From a virus: 48,852 nucleotides of DNA. The position numbers and the translations under genes were made by a program. The stretch lies in the IMG/VR virus record IMGVR_UViG_3300010399_000003, positions 1 through 48,852 of that record. The stretch is one strand, 5' to 3'. The first letter of the stretch is position 1. Each line of letters starts with the position of its first letter. The notes under the pieces are model-generated. The model made no database searches. It was not told the origin of the DNA and saw only the letters and a program-made list of their open reading frames with translations. Below are positions 9,180 through 17,885 of this stretch, piece by piece.

Positions 9180-9397
9180 GTCCGCGAATTCCGGCTATCG
9201 TCACGGTCGGTGTCGGCTCGTGGGTTGCAACCAAGAAAGTCCGGCTATTGGTTGCACCGCACGTCGGCGATTCAATCATCGTCGGTGAACACGTGATCAC
9301 CTGCGAACGTGTTGAGATTGATCGGGATTACGTGCGGATCTACGAAACACGACGTTTTCCATCCGAGCAGGATGCGCTGGATTTCTTCAAGGAGTAA
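9176..9397 (+). CDS. hypothetical protein (73 aa)
   Basis: ATGA overlap with the upstream stop; MSPRIPAIVTVGVGSWVATKK... Confidence 0.5.
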   Translation: MSPRIPAIVTVGVGSWVATKKVRLLVAPHVGDSIIVGEHVITCERVEIDRDYVRIYETRRFPSEQDALDFFKE

Positions 9398-9399
9398 TC

Positions 9400-9591
9400 G
9401 TGAACACTGATAACGCCGCGACCATATCAGCGTGCGTGCTTGGCGTGTTGATCGGCGTTGTCGGCATTTGGCTCGTAAGGAAAGCTGTGATCAATCCGGC
9501 ATGGGGTGCTGCGTTTGGCATTTGGATTGTCGTTGGAACCTATGTTGGATCTCTGATCATTGCATGGTGGTTTTCTCTGCCTCCTCGATGA
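9400..9591 (+). CDS. small membrane protein (two predicted TM helices)
   Basis: GTG start 2 nt after the upstream stop, AAGGAG SD; hydrophobic stretches VLGVLIGVVGIWLV and IWIVVGTYVGSLIIAWWF. Confidence 0.5.
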   Translation: MNTDNAATISACVLGVLIGVVGIWLVRKAVINPAWGAAFGIWIVVGTYVGSLIIAWWFSLPPR

Positions 9592-9651
9592 TGTCGTTTG
9601 CAGGTCGCGACAAACCGTCCACCTAGACCTGTCAGCCAGGAGCAATGGCAC

Positions 9652-10413
9652 ATGAGCACTGAACTCGAGAAAGCAAGTTCCGCGGAAATGGCTCGGCCCG
9701 ATTTCGTCACGCAAACGCGGGAAGGCACCGAGCACATTACCAATGCCGACATGCAAATCCCGCGCATGATGTTGGCACAGAAGATGTCGCCGGAGGTCGA
9801 TGACGGCGATGCGAAGCGCGTTCCCGGCCTGAAGGTCGGCGACATGTTCAACGGGTTGACGCATGAAATCTACGGCCGCGGTCCGGTGCAGTTCGTCATC
9901 CTGCGCGCCGATCCGCCACGCTGGGTGGAGTTCATTCCTCGCGAAGAGGGTGGTGGTGTCAAGGACCCGAACGTGCCGGCGAACGACCCGCGGACCGCGT
10001 TTGGGAAGGACGGTTCCAAACCGGCCGCGACGAAGTTCTACGACTACATCATTCTCCTGATGCCGCTTGGCAACGATCCGTTGGCGCGCATGGTGGCGCT
10101 GTCGTTCAAATCCACCGGCCTCAAGATTGCCAAGCAGCTGAACGCGCTCATCAAGCTGCGGAACGCGCCGATTCACGCAGGCGTGTACACCCTGACCAGC
10201 GTGGATACGCAAAATTCGCTCGGCAAATTTGCGATCTTCAACGTCGCCAATGCGGGCTGGGTCACGGATAAAGTCCTCTACGAGCAGCTCGGGCAAATTT
10301 CGGTGTCGATGAAGGACAAGAAGATCGATATCGAGCGGGATCCGGATGAATTCGTGGATCCGGATGCGCCGGACGCGGAACGCGAACCGACTGGCAACGT
10401 CGGTCGGATGTAG
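9652..10413 (+). CDS. hypothetical protein (about 253 aa)
   Basis: ATG at 9652 preceded by AGGAG; the listed ORF begins at an upstream TTG. Confidence 0.6.
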   Translation: MSTELEKASSAEMARPDFVTQTREGTEHITNADMQIPRMMLAQKMSPEVDDGDAKRVPGLKVGDMFNGLTHEIYGRGPVQFVILRADPPRWVEFIPREEGGGVKDPNVPANDPRTAFGKDGSKPAATKFYDYIILLMPLGNDPLARMVALSFKSTGLKIAKQLNALIKLRNAPIHAGVYTLTSVDTQNSLGKFAIFNVANAGWVTDKVLYEQLGQISVSMKDKKIDIERDPDEFVDPDAPDAEREPTGNVGRM

Positions 10414-10521
10414 GTTGCTTGGCCGGCTCAATTCTGAGGGGATGTAGAGTTGGAACTGCATTTCGATTTCGTGACTCCCCGGTTGCGGAATCCCGGCCAC
10501 CATTTCCATTGACGAGGCGAC

Positions 10522-10761
10522 ATGAAAAATCGAGTCGAAGTACATCGACCTACGGTCATCAAGACCGTATCGTTTCGTGCGAATATGCCGCTTGAAGGCA
10601 AGTATCAGCACATCCACATTGAAGCGGCAGCGGATGTGCCCGAAGGATGTTCAGCAACTGAGGTGCTGGATGACCTGAAATTGTGGGTCGGCACGGAGTT
10701 GCGCCGCGCACGTCACGGTGAGGCGGTTCGGGAGGTGCCGCCTGGACGATTTCGCGTCTAA
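10522..10761 (+). CDS. hypothetical protein
   Basis: 79-aa ORF after a 100-nt gap. Confidence 0.45.
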   Translation: MKNRVEVHRPTVIKTVSFRANMPLEGKYQHIHIEAAADVPEGCSATEVLDDLKLWVGTELRRARHGEAVREVPPGRFRV

Positions 10762-10930
10762 GGTTGGATGGGAGTTCTTTTGCGAACATGCAAACGAGGT
10801 GCCGCGCGTGTGTCCGTGTCCGGATACGTGTCCATGCCGGCAAGGGAAGTGTGGTCCAGTTGCTGAATGGGACGGTGATATTGCTGATGATTTCCATCCG
10901 GGCCACCCGCGATGGTTTGGAGACCACTAA
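10718..10930 (+). CDS. possible Cys-rich small protein
   Basis: CPCPDTCPCRQGKCGP; overlaps neighbours and start unclear. Confidence 0.25.
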   Translation: MRRFGRCRLDDFASKVGWEFFCEHANEVPRVCPCPDTCPCRQGKCGPVAEWDGDIADDFHPGHPRWFGDH

Positions 10931-11193
10931 TGGCGAAACGTCAATCGATTGAAGCTGTGAAGCCGGCAGGTAAGTGGGAGTTGCACAAGCAGGAATTTTG
11001 CCGGTCAGTGAAAGACCTCAGCACCACGGAGCTCGAATACCGAGCGACTTTAAACAGCAAAGCGCTCGGCGAAACAAACACCGAGGTGCGAGCGATGATG
11101 GACCATTTGGCGACCGCGAAAAAGGAGATCGCCAAATTGGAGCGGGAGCGCGAGGTGCTGAACTCGCTGCTGCGGCAACGGGCGACGTGCTGA
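10912..11193 (+). CDS. hypothetical coiled-coil protein
   Basis: 93 aa; C-terminal KKEIAKLEREREVLNSLLRQ. Confidence 0.5.
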   Translation: MVWRPLMAKRQSIEAVKPAGKWELHKQEFCRSVKDLSTTELEYRATLNSKALGETNTEVRAMMDHLATAKKEIAKLEREREVLNSLLRQRATC

Positions 11194-11198
11194 TTTCC

Positions 11199-11240
11199 AT
11201 CCGGGACCGCCCGGCATCCGCTAGGGCGGTCCTGGCTTTA
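11199..11240 (+). terminator. rho-independent terminator-like hairpin
   Basis: GGGACCGCCC-ggcatccgcta-GGGCGGTCC perfect 9-10 bp stem followed by TGGCTTT. Confidence 0.5.
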
Positions 11241-11279
11241 CACCGTAAAGACAGATGCTTAACCGGACAAGGTGCATGC

Positions 11280-11620
11280 TTGAGCGGTTTCGCTCGTAAA
11301 TACTTGTGAATAAAGGACTTATAGTCGTCAGAAACCGCTAAATTACTTAAGAATTCTTGACGTTTTCGGACCGTTTCGACGACCCGTAACTTATTGAAAA
11401 CAAAGGACTTAACCCCGTAGGGGACCGAGGTGGCGTCATCAAAATGAGGCGTAGAAAAAGCAAAAGTCCTTGATTACAGAAACGTAATGCCCGCTAAAGC
11501 CTTATTTTACTAGGGTTTGCGACGCAAGAAATATTTTTGACGCAAATTACAGGCGTTTTTTGACGGCCGTAAACCGTTCTAAATAGGCGTGTTACGGTGA
11601 TTTCCAAAACTTAGCGCATT
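11280..11620. promoter_or_regulatory. AT-rich intergenic regulatory region with repeated short motifs; origin or promoter cluster candidate
   Basis: AAAGGACTTA twice direct and once inverted (AAGTCCTT). TTGACG three times. CAGAAAC and CGTAAC repeated. No credible ORF. Confidence 0.4.
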
Positions 11621-12134
11621 TTCGGCCCTATACTTGTTCCAGGCGCTGTCGTGTTAAGCGCCTCGCGGTTGGGGACGGGTGCGCCGTAGTTGCTGGTTAC
11701 CGTCGGGAGACGGAAGCTAGTTAGCTCGAGCTCATGAAGCACCAGAAGGCCAATCGTGATGAAGCCGGATTGGTGTAGGGCCGTCTGGCGGCTGTGTTCA
11801 AGCGCGGGGACCAGGAGCGTTTCCGTAGGCAGATTCGACAAGCCGCTGCCAGCGCGTTCATCCATCTTAAGCCTTGGGGCTGCCGGCCCTCAGAGAGTCT
11901 GTGGCCTATCCCTTCAGGTGGGAGCCTAACGGCTGGCTGTTTAGCTGGGTCAATGTTAATGGGTGTAGCAAACCCGCTCTCGTTACTGTGGTCGTCCTGG
12001 TGGTTTCACCGGGTTCGTTCGCGGTCTAGGAGGAAAAATCGCCCGCCTAAAATCTACCCGAAATAAATGTGTCCTAGAGCCCACAATCTGCGGCTGCGCG
12101 ACGATAGGTAGAGGGACGGCGGTCTAACCTTAGC

Positions 12135-12176
12135 CGACCGGGGCCGGTATCATCCGGCCCCGGTTCACTTTTCCGG
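12135..12176 (+). terminator. terminator-like hairpin
   Basis: CCGGGGCCGG-tatcat-CCGGCCCCGG perfect 10-bp stem followed by TTCACTTTT. Confidence 0.5.
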
Positions 12177-12178
12177 AA

Positions 12179-12236
12179 CCAGAAACCGTGGTGGAGAACC
12201 ACGGTTGCCCGAATGGACGGGCCTGATGAGGTTCCA
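12179..12236 (+). promoter_or_regulatory. conserved intergenic cassette copy A
   Basis: CCAGAAAC, then hairpin CGTGGTGGAGAACCACGG, then GAATGGACGGGCCTGATGAGGTTCCA, then ATG. Confidence 0.55.
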
Positions 12237-12422
12237 ATGCGTAAAGTCACGACGAAGTCCCACCGTAAGTCTGTTTCCCAGAAACAACCGTTCGTCAACA
12301 CCGTAATGTGTCAGTGGTTCGCACTGTGCAACCGCCCCGCGACCGGAACGACGCGTCATCCGGCGCTCGGTAACGTGCCGACCTGCGACCGGTGCCATAA
12401 CTTCGCGACGGAGAAGCGGTAA
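12237..12422 (+). CDS. zinc-ribbon small protein
   Basis: ATG directly after the conserved GGCCTGATGAGGTTCC leader; CQWFALC ... CDRCHN Cys pairs. Confidence 0.5.
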   Translation: MRKVTTKSHRKSVSQKQPFVNTVMCQWFALCNRPATGTTRHPALGNVPTCDRCHNFATEKR

Positions 12423-12604
12423 TGTCAAAAACGAGATTGCTCAAGCTCATCGAACTTTACTTCACAGGCGGTCCGGAAGATTTCAAGAGGGCTGTTGAAA
12501 GCCTCAGTCATCCTGACCAGAACACGGTTGCCATGTGGCTGCACGAGCTCAATAAGTTAGCTGGCGAAGCGGTCGGGGTTCTCGATTGCCGGAGGAAGTC
12601 ATGA
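12422..12604 (+). CDS. hypothetical protein
   Basis: TAATG overlap; GGAG SD. Confidence 0.5.
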   Translation: MSKTRLLKLIELYFTGGPEDFKRAVESLSHPDQNTVAMWLHELNKLAGEAVGVLDCRRKS

Positions 12605-12993
12605 AGAAAAAATCCAGGAAGCAATCAGCTCGTCATCAGGAAGAAGCCGCCGCGCGAAAAGCTGTCAGAGAATACGACGCCCGAATCAAGAGGATTAAGG
12701 CGCTCGTCACGCATTCTATAGACGGAAGTCCGCTGAAAAGATTCCGTCCGACAGGACGATACACGATTGTGACCCCTGATTCGGTTCAAATCGGGTTCTG
12801 GGTTTCTTCGTGGTGCTTGCCGAAAGGAATTCGCGCTGGTCAGGTCTTTCGGGTCATGGCTGTGGAAGGCGCGGTGTCGCTGCAAGAACCTGGGCACCCG
12901 GGATGGATGGAACCTCCTGGGTTCATGCTTCGCCGTCTTCCTCGCAAGAGCTACAAGATTCTCAATCCTTCCGCAACAGCTCGGACACTCTGA
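12601..12993 (+). CDS. hypothetical protein
   Basis: ATGA overlap; basic N-terminus MKKKSRKQSARHQEE. Confidence 0.5.
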   Translation: MKKKSRKQSARHQEEAAARKAVREYDARIKRIKALVTHSIDGSPLKRFRPTGRYTIVTPDSVQIGFWVSSWCLPKGIRAGQVFRVMAVEGAVSLQEPGHPGWMEPPGFMLRRLPRKSYKILNPSATARTL

Positions 12994-13001
12994 GGTAATC
13001 C

Positions 13002-13262
13002 ATGGCTGAACAGAACGATTTCGAGAAGTCCTTCGAGGAAGCAACCCGCGGTCTGTCACGCGACGACCGCGAAGTGGTGCGGTGCCTGTTCGTCGGCGCG
13101 ATTGGTCGACCGTCGGTGTTCTACTCATCGAAAATCTTCGCGGCGGCGTCCGCTATCGCGAAGGATATGGGTTGGTGGCGGACGACTCCGGGTGCGGCGT
13201 CGCAGATGAAGCGGCGTAAGGCTGGAAAGCGTGGGTCGGATTGGGGCGGGAGAGGTATCTAA
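13002..13262 (+). CDS. hypothetical protein
   Basis: 86-aa ORF; ends in a TAATG overlap. Confidence 0.5.
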   Translation: MAEQNDFEKSFEEATRGLSRDDREVVRCLFVGAIGRPSVFYSSKIFAAASAIAKDMGWWRTTPGAASQMKRRKAGKRGSDWGGRGI

Positions 13263-13459
13263 TGGGCAACGGGTTCGTCAATCAATACGGGCACCCACTT
13301 GGTGGGTGCCTGTTCGGCACGATGGTCGCCGGTCGGTCGGCTCACAGTATGCGGTGCGCGTGCGCCAATTGTTCAATGTGGCGCAGCCAGAAGGCCGGTC
13401 AGCACCGAGCGGCGCAGAAACGTCGGATGGAGCGTGCAGCCAAGCGGAGGCAGAAATGA
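13262..13459 (+). CDS. hypothetical small basic protein
   Basis: TAATG overlap with the upstream gene. Preferred over the frame-1 ORF 13231.., whose first half is Arg-rich and looks spurious. Confidence 0.4.
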   Translation: MGNGFVNQYGHPLGGCLFGTMVAGRSAHSMRCACANCSMWRSQKAGQHRAAQKRRMERAAKRRQK

Positions 13460-13473
13460 GAACTCAAGGAGTC

Positions 13474-13656
13474 ATGACTCACGGAACGCGGGTCAGGGTT
13501 CAGAAGTCGAAAGGCAAGCGTGCGTCGTGGCTCGTCATTATGGAAAATGATGAAGAGTCCATCACGCTCGCTGAATTCCCGGTCACCAAAAACGGAACGA
13601 TGGATGCAAAGGAGTGCGCCAACGACTTCCGGTGGATTTGCGGCGCGTGGTCGTAA
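13474..13656 (+). CDS. hypothetical small protein
   Basis: ATG preceded by a perfect AAGGAG at 6-nt spacing. An alternative ATGA-overlap start lies at 13456. Confidence 0.45.
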   Translation: MTHGTRVRVQKSKGKRASWLVIMENDEESITLAEFPVTKNGTMDAKECANDFRWICGAWS

Positions 13657-13734
13657 GGAGCTAGAAACGGCCGACCTGAGGATTTCCAAACTTAGGTCGG
13701 CGTCGCCTGAATTAACAGGCCTGATGAGGTTCCC
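13654..13734 (+). promoter_or_regulatory. conserved intergenic cassette copy B
   Basis: TAAGGAGCTAGAAAC, then hairpin GCCGACCT-gaggatttccaaactt-AGGTCGGC, then GAATTAACAGGCCTGATGAGGTTCCC, then ATG. Confidence 0.6.
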
Positions 13735-14019
13735 ATGTCCAAGAAGAAAGTCGTTCGTCCCGCCGCACTGTCGCTGAAATCCATGCGTGCCATTCGGAAA
13801 GCGGTGTCACAAGCCGAAGACAAGTTGTATGTCGCTATCGGCCTCCTCGAAGACCAGATGGAGATTTTCGACCACGAAGACGCAACCGCAGCCGAGCTGC
13901 GGATGTCCGATGACCTGGAGTCGGCGCGTGATGCCGGCGAAGACCTCGCGGACTATTTCAAGCACCTGAACGATGCATTGGACCGCATCAAGGTGGCGAA
14001 GAAGGATGGTCGGAAGTAA
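13735..14019 (+). CDS. hypothetical acidic protein
   Basis: Preceded by the full conserved cassette (hairpin plus GGCCTGATGAGGTTCC leader). Confidence 0.55.
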   Translation: MSKKKVVRPAALSLKSMRAIRKAVSQAEDKLYVAIGLLEDQMEIFDHEDATAAELRMSDDLESARDAGEDLADYFKHLNDALDRIKVAKKDGRK

Positions 14020-14666
14020 TGGGGATGCGGCGCTCGACTCGCCAGGAGCTCCGCAAGCTGCGCGAAATTTGCCGGGAAGCACTGGACGGGGTCCGGTGCT
14101 TCCTCTGCAAAGAGCTCATTCTCCAATCGGATAACTGCTATGGTCCCGGCGATGGCGAGGGTTCACCGTTCGAAGTCGGCATTACCATCCATCACGCCGA
14201 CGGGAACCATTCGAACAACGACAAGAAGAATCGCAAGTTAGTTCACACGAAGTGTCACAAATCTCATCACCTCAAGGAGCGGCACGCTCAGCGTCGTGCC
14301 GAAAAGCGAATGGCCAAATCAGCCGCAGCGCCGCGTCTCGTGAAAGGGTTCCATGGGTCCGAGCTCGCTCTGAAATTGAAAGCCGCATTGGACAAGGTCA
14401 AGAGCGACGGCGGCGTGAAGTATCCGGCTCGCAAGCAGAAGTCCACGAAGAAGTCCGGCGATCGTCATGCGTGGGCGAAGAAAATCTTCAACGCAACTCC
14501 GCCTGGGTCGCTTCACGATTATCTCGGCGTGCCTCGCGATAAAAAGATTCCTATCGGCAAATTGAAATGGGCAACTCGTCAAACGAAGACCGCGCTCGAC
14601 AAGAAGTTCGCAGCGAAAGCGGCAATGACCCTGCGGTTCGCGATGAAGCGGGCGGCGGCTCGCTGA
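14019..14666 (+). CDS. HNH endonuclease with a basic C-terminal domain
   Basis: ITIHHADGNHSNNDKKNRKLVHTKCHKSHH carries the HNH core (HH-x-DGN ... N ... CH-x2-H). The C-terminus GKLKWATRQTK...AAKAAMTLR is paralogous to the 14756 protein. Confidence 0.7.
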   Translation: MGMRRSTRQELRKLREICREALDGVRCFLCKELILQSDNCYGPGDGEGSPFEVGITIHHADGNHSNNDKKNRKLVHTKCHKSHHLKERHAQRRAEKRMAKSAAAPRLVKGFHGSELALKLKAALDKVKSDGGVKYPARKQKSTKKSGDRHAWAKKIFNATPPGSLHDYLGVPRDKKIPIGKLKWATRQTKTALDKKFAAKAAMTLRFAMKRAAAR

Positions 14667-14755
14667 AATCAGGGACCGGTAGGATTTCCAAACTTAGGCT
14701 CGGCAAGCGTTCGTCCACTCGTCGTCGTAAACCCAATCGTTCAGGTAGGTGTGTC

Positions 14756-14950
14756 ATGGCTAAGCAGAAGCGCGTCACTCGTCGTCGTCGTGTGGTGGCT
14801 GGTCCGTTCGCTCGCGTGCTCGGCGTGAAGTCGAAGGACGAGGTCGCCCTCGGAAAGATGAAGTGGGTGACGCGCCTGCGAGGTTCGAAGAAGAACCTCA
14901 AAATTGCGGCAGCCGCAGCGCAGTATCTCAGGCGTCAGCGGCTTTCGTAG
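14756..14950 (+). CDS. small basic protein paralogous to the C-terminus of the 14019 HNH protein
   Basis: LGVKSKDEVALGKMKWVTRLRGSKKNLKIAAAAAQYLR aligns with LGVPRDKKIPIGKLKWATRQTKTALDKKFAAKAAMTLR. Confidence 0.45.
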   Translation: MAKQKRVTRRRRVVAGPFARVLGVKSKDEVALGKMKWVTRLRGSKKNLKIAAAAAQYLRRQRLS

Positions 14951-15007
14951 TTCATTCCGGGGACCTCGTTCTGCCGGGGACGAGGTCCCCACTCTCAAGG
15001 TGGTTCC

Positions 15008-15220
15008 ATGTCAGTCTGTCCAAAGTGCCGAAATCATTTTCAGCGTGGCAATTGCCCGCATTGTGATGAACGATTTCACCAGCTCAAGACCGACCGGTCG
15101 CTCATCTGCGACCGAGAGGAAGAAGAGTGGTTCTCGATGAAACTCGAGCAAGAAGCGCGTCAGGAACGCGCTCGGCGGTCGGCGGAAACCAGGAAGCGAC
15201 TCAGGGAGCAGAGGTCATGA
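15008..15220 (+). CDS. zinc-finger small protein
   Basis: CPKCRNHF...CPHCDERFH. Confidence 0.5.
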   Translation: MSVCPKCRNHFQRGNCPHCDERFHQLKTDRSLICDREEEEWFSMKLEQEARQERARRSAETRKRLREQRS

Positions 15221-15423
15221 GATATACGATTCAGCCATTCGTCCCGGACCGCCCGGCGATTGTGCCGATGAGCGCGGATACAATCAATGAAGCGTTCAAA
15301 CTCGCGAAAGCGTATCTGGCACTCAATCGAGATGCGGTGTGCGTCATCAAGAACGACGCGAATCCATATGCCCTGACCGTCGCAGTGCTGGCCGGTCGCG
15401 ATGTGCGTGGGGTGGCGGCATGA
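15217..15423 (+). CDS. hypothetical protein
   Basis: ATGA overlap with the upstream stop. Confidence 0.5.
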   Translation: MRYTIQPFVPDRPAIVPMSADTINEAFKLAKAYLALNRDAVCVIKNDANPYALTVAVLAGRDVRGVAA

Positions 15424-15644
15424 AGGAATTGCATTGCAATCAACGGGTTGTTGCGACAGATTCCTACTTCGTCTGTGGTGGTAATCCGGAGAAGAACAGT
15501 GGCGGTGGAGTTATCGGTTCACGCCAGACGTGGGCTGATGCGATCACCCTCAAACTCGAAGCCATCAAGCGTGGTTATCGTCACGTGCAGATTTTCACGT
15601 GGAACGAAATGATGGAGGATAGTCGTGAAATTCACTCGGCCTGA
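15420..15644 (+). CDS. hypothetical protein
   Basis: ATGA overlap with the upstream stop. Confidence 0.45.
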   Translation: MKELHCNQRVVATDSYFVCGGNPEKNSGGGVIGSRQTWADAITLKLEAIKRGYRHVQIFTWNEMMEDSREIHSA

Positions 15645-16212
15645 AATGCTCAAAGCTGGGATGGAGCTCATGGCTCGGTGGTGTGCCCTGAATGGCGTCG
15701 CTCAGCCACGAGTGGAAATCTACGAGGGTCGGGAAACGGATTTCGGAGTCTGCGCTTACTATCGCGACGACGTGATTCACATCTGGCCCGACGCCTGTGC
15801 CCACGTGGGTTATGGTGGTCGGGCCTGGTCTTATCCTGGTTACGTCGTCGACCGAACGCCCTACGGCGTTATCCAGCACGAACTTGGTCATCACGTCGAC
15901 GACGCGGCTGGTTCACGTGGTGGTCGGGTGGCTCATCGATGGCGTGCGGCGACGAAAGAAGAACCGCTGACCGGCTATTGTCCAAACAATAATGAGTGGT
16001 TCGCCGAGATGTTTCGGCTCTTCGTCACAAATCCGGAACTGCTCAGTCTGGTTCGGCCGCGCACTCATCATCTCATGCAGATGGAGTGGCCGCACCCGGT
16101 TGAAACCCGTCGATGGCAGGACGTGCTGAATCACACCGAGCGGCAAGTGAACGCCGCGTGGAACAAGATTTCCAATGTTCAACGAAAGGAAGTGCAAGAT
16201 GGACTCTTCTAA
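15625..16212 (+). CDS. HExxH zinc metallopeptidase-like protein
   Basis: VIQHELGHHVDD matches the zincin HExxH motif; GTG start with GGAGGA upstream. Confidence 0.55.
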   Translation: MKFTRPEMLKAGMELMARWCALNGVAQPRVEIYEGRETDFGVCAYYRDDVIHIWPDACAHVGYGGRAWSYPGYVVDRTPYGVIQHELGHHVDDAAGSRGGRVAHRWRAATKEEPLTGYCPNNNEWFAEMFRLFVTNPELLSLVRPRTHHLMQMEWPHPVETRRWQDVLNHTERQVNAAWNKISNVQRKEVQDGLF

Positions 16213-16408
16213 GTTCATTCATGACTTGATGAAGTTACCAACGCTGCCTGAGGCCGAGCGGAATGCGCGGCTCGGTCCGTGCCCGTGGTGCCCGAATTTC
16301 GACAAGAACGACCCGGCGAATAAGAACAAGTCGCACACGATGTGCATCGTCTGCGAGCATACCCTGAACAAGCAGCTCGCTGAAAAGGAGCACGGCAATG
16401 GCCGCTAG
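16175..16408 (+). CDS. zinc-finger small protein
   Basis: CPWCPNFD...CIVCEH. Confidence 0.45.
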   Translation: MFNERKCKMDSSKFIHDLMKLPTLPEAERNARLGPCPWCPNFDKNDPANKNKSHTMCIVCEHTLNKQLAEKEHGNGR

Positions 16409-17342
16409 CCTCTTGGACAATCTCGAACCGACAATCACGCCAACGGAGCCGATGCTGGCTGCGCCAGAAAGCCAGCTGTGCGTGGAGGACTGGACGGCGT
16501 GGGCAATTGAACGGAAGTACGATGGTCATCGGATGATCATCTATCGGATCGGGAAATCCGAGCTCCACGTCTTTGCGCGACCGACTGGCGACGGTCGCAT
16601 GATTGAACGGACGAGCAAGCTCCCGGCGGAATTGATTCAGGAGCTGAAGAAGTTGCCGCCGTCGGTGACGGATGGCGAACTGCTTGGTGGCGATACGGGC
16701 ACCGACGTCACGCGGAAGGACCTCGCACACAACCTGTCGATGGTGATCTTCGACTTGCTGGAGGTCGATGGCATCGATTGGAAGAACGAACAATATGATT
16801 TCCGCCGGCAAGGATTGGTCGAGATCTTCAATCGGCTCAAGTTGAACCCGTCACGAGTGCAGCTGGCGGAATCACACTTGCTGCGGAGCGAAGGTGACGC
16901 GTTGAAATTTGTTCAGCGTGTCTTCAAAGAAAACGGCGAGGGAGCCATTCTGAAATTCCGGCGCGGTCGCTACCTGCCTGGCAAGCGGAAGAAAGAACTG
17001 TGGGTCAAGATCAAGCGCAAGGAAAGCGCGGCGCTGCCGATTGTCGGTTTCGAACCATCACGTGGCGAGGTGCGGTTTCCTGGTCACCCGTTTGCAATCG
17101 TCAGGTTGATGGATGACGACGGCAACGAAACTACGTGTAAGACGAAGACCGATGAGGAATTGGCGAAATTCGTCGCGCTCTGGCAGAAGAAATTTCCAAC
17201 GGTGCCGCTGAATCAGGTGACGGTGGAGATGGCGAAAAAACACCCAGCGGTCGGACGGTTGTTGCGCATTGAGTTTCCACGTCGCACTCGAACTGGTGGC
17301 TATCAGGGTCCGGTCATCTGGGATCGATGGGAAGACGAGTAG
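16398..17342 (+). CDS. ATP-dependent DNA ligase
   Basis: Motif I KYDGHR (KxDG, adenylated lysine), FDLL, DGELL, EGAILK and the C-terminal LWVKIK motifs. Confidence 0.85.
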   Translation: MAASLLDNLEPTITPTEPMLAAPESQLCVEDWTAWAIERKYDGHRMIIYRIGKSELHVFARPTGDGRMIERTSKLPAELIQELKKLPPSVTDGELLGGDTGTDVTRKDLAHNLSMVIFDLLEVDGIDWKNEQYDFRRQGLVEIFNRLKLNPSRVQLAESHLLRSEGDALKFVQRVFKENGEGAILKFRRGRYLPGKRKKELWVKIKRKESAALPIVGFEPSRGEVRFPGHPFAIVRLMDDDGNETTCKTKTDEELAKFVALWQKKFPTVPLNQVTVEMAKKHPAVGRLLRIEFPRRTRTGGYQGPVIWDRWEDE

Positions 17343-17417
17343 GATCTAGAAACCGTGGCCGACGATTTCCAAAGTTAGGTCGCGGTCGCCGGAATGAACC
17401 GGCCTGAGGAGGGTCCG
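17340..17417 (+). promoter_or_regulatory. conserved intergenic cassette copy C
   Basis: TAGGATCTAGAAAC ... GATTTCCAAAGTTAGGTC ... GGAATGAACCGGCCTGAGGAGGGTCCG then TTG. Confidence 0.6.
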
Positions 17418-17879
17418 TTGGCGAAGGATGATTTCGTGACTCGTGGGTTGAAGTCGATGGCGAAACGCGAATCGGCGAAGAAGAAAGGAGCGACTCGGCG
17501 GCGGCGTGACTGGTCGGCGACTGACGCGATGGTGGCAGCGCGAAAGCCTCTGATCAAATCAGGAACTGTGTTTTCTGAATCGGAGCAGGAGGCGATTCGA
17601 AGTGCGGCGCGACGTGTGTGGGATGAATGTGGGTATGACTGTTTGCTCGCGACGGCCGACGAAGAAGGTAAGCCGGTCGAGCGTGTATCAATCAGTCGGG
17701 ATCAAGTCATCGAGATTGCACTCGATGCGGGACGAGCCGAACACTTCTTGCAGCGGGACCTGAAGAAAGGTTCGTCCGTGGTCACGGCGGAATTCATGAA
17801 GCGGTATCAGGCTGCGAAATATGACGAACTCATCGCAGTCGTGAAGCCGGCATTTCCATTCGAACGATACGGGTTGTAA
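17418..17879 (+). CDS. hypothetical protein
   Basis: TTG start placed immediately after the conserved GGCCTGAGGAGGGTCCG leader, as in four sister genes. The listed ATG at 17394 lies inside the cassette. Confidence 0.5.
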   Translation: MAKDDFVTRGLKSMAKRESAKKKGATRRRRDWSATDAMVAARKPLIKSGTVFSESEQEAIRSAARRVWDECGYDCLLATADEEGKPVERVSISRDQVIEIALDAGRAEHFLQRDLKKGSSVVTAEFMKRYQAAKYDELIAVVKPAFPFERYGL

Positions 17880-17885
17880 AGGAGC

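Noticed and set aside
9427-10617. 396-aa minus-strand ORF
   Set aside because: Antisense to the well-supported + gene 9652..10413. The product is Arg/His-rich low-complexity, typical of a spurious long ORF in GC-rich antisense frames.
12213-12236. Upstream ATG of ORF 12213..12422 (and 17394 of ORF 17394..17879)
   Set aside because: These ATGs fall inside the conserved GAATGxACxGGCCTGAxGAGGTTCC cassette shared by five genes. The starts immediately after the box (12237; TTG 17418) fit the family pattern.
11620-12236. tmRNA, group I intron, tRNA or RNase P identity for the structured non-coding region
   Set aside because: No GGGG...ACGA tmRNA 5' end or tag reading frame, no T-loop GTTCRANYC with acceptor stem and CCA, and no P/Q/R/S intron boxes recognised. 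Kept only as an unassigned structured region.
13231-13656. 141-aa frame-1 ORF
   Set aside because: The first 75 residues are Arg/Val-rich and overlap a better-coupled frame-2 gene (13262..13459). Only the C-terminal 60 aa (13474..13656, perfect AAGGAG) is kept.
16215-16811. 198-aa minus-strand ORF
   Set aside because: Antisense to the DNA ligase gene, which has clear catalytic motifs; Arg-rich junk.
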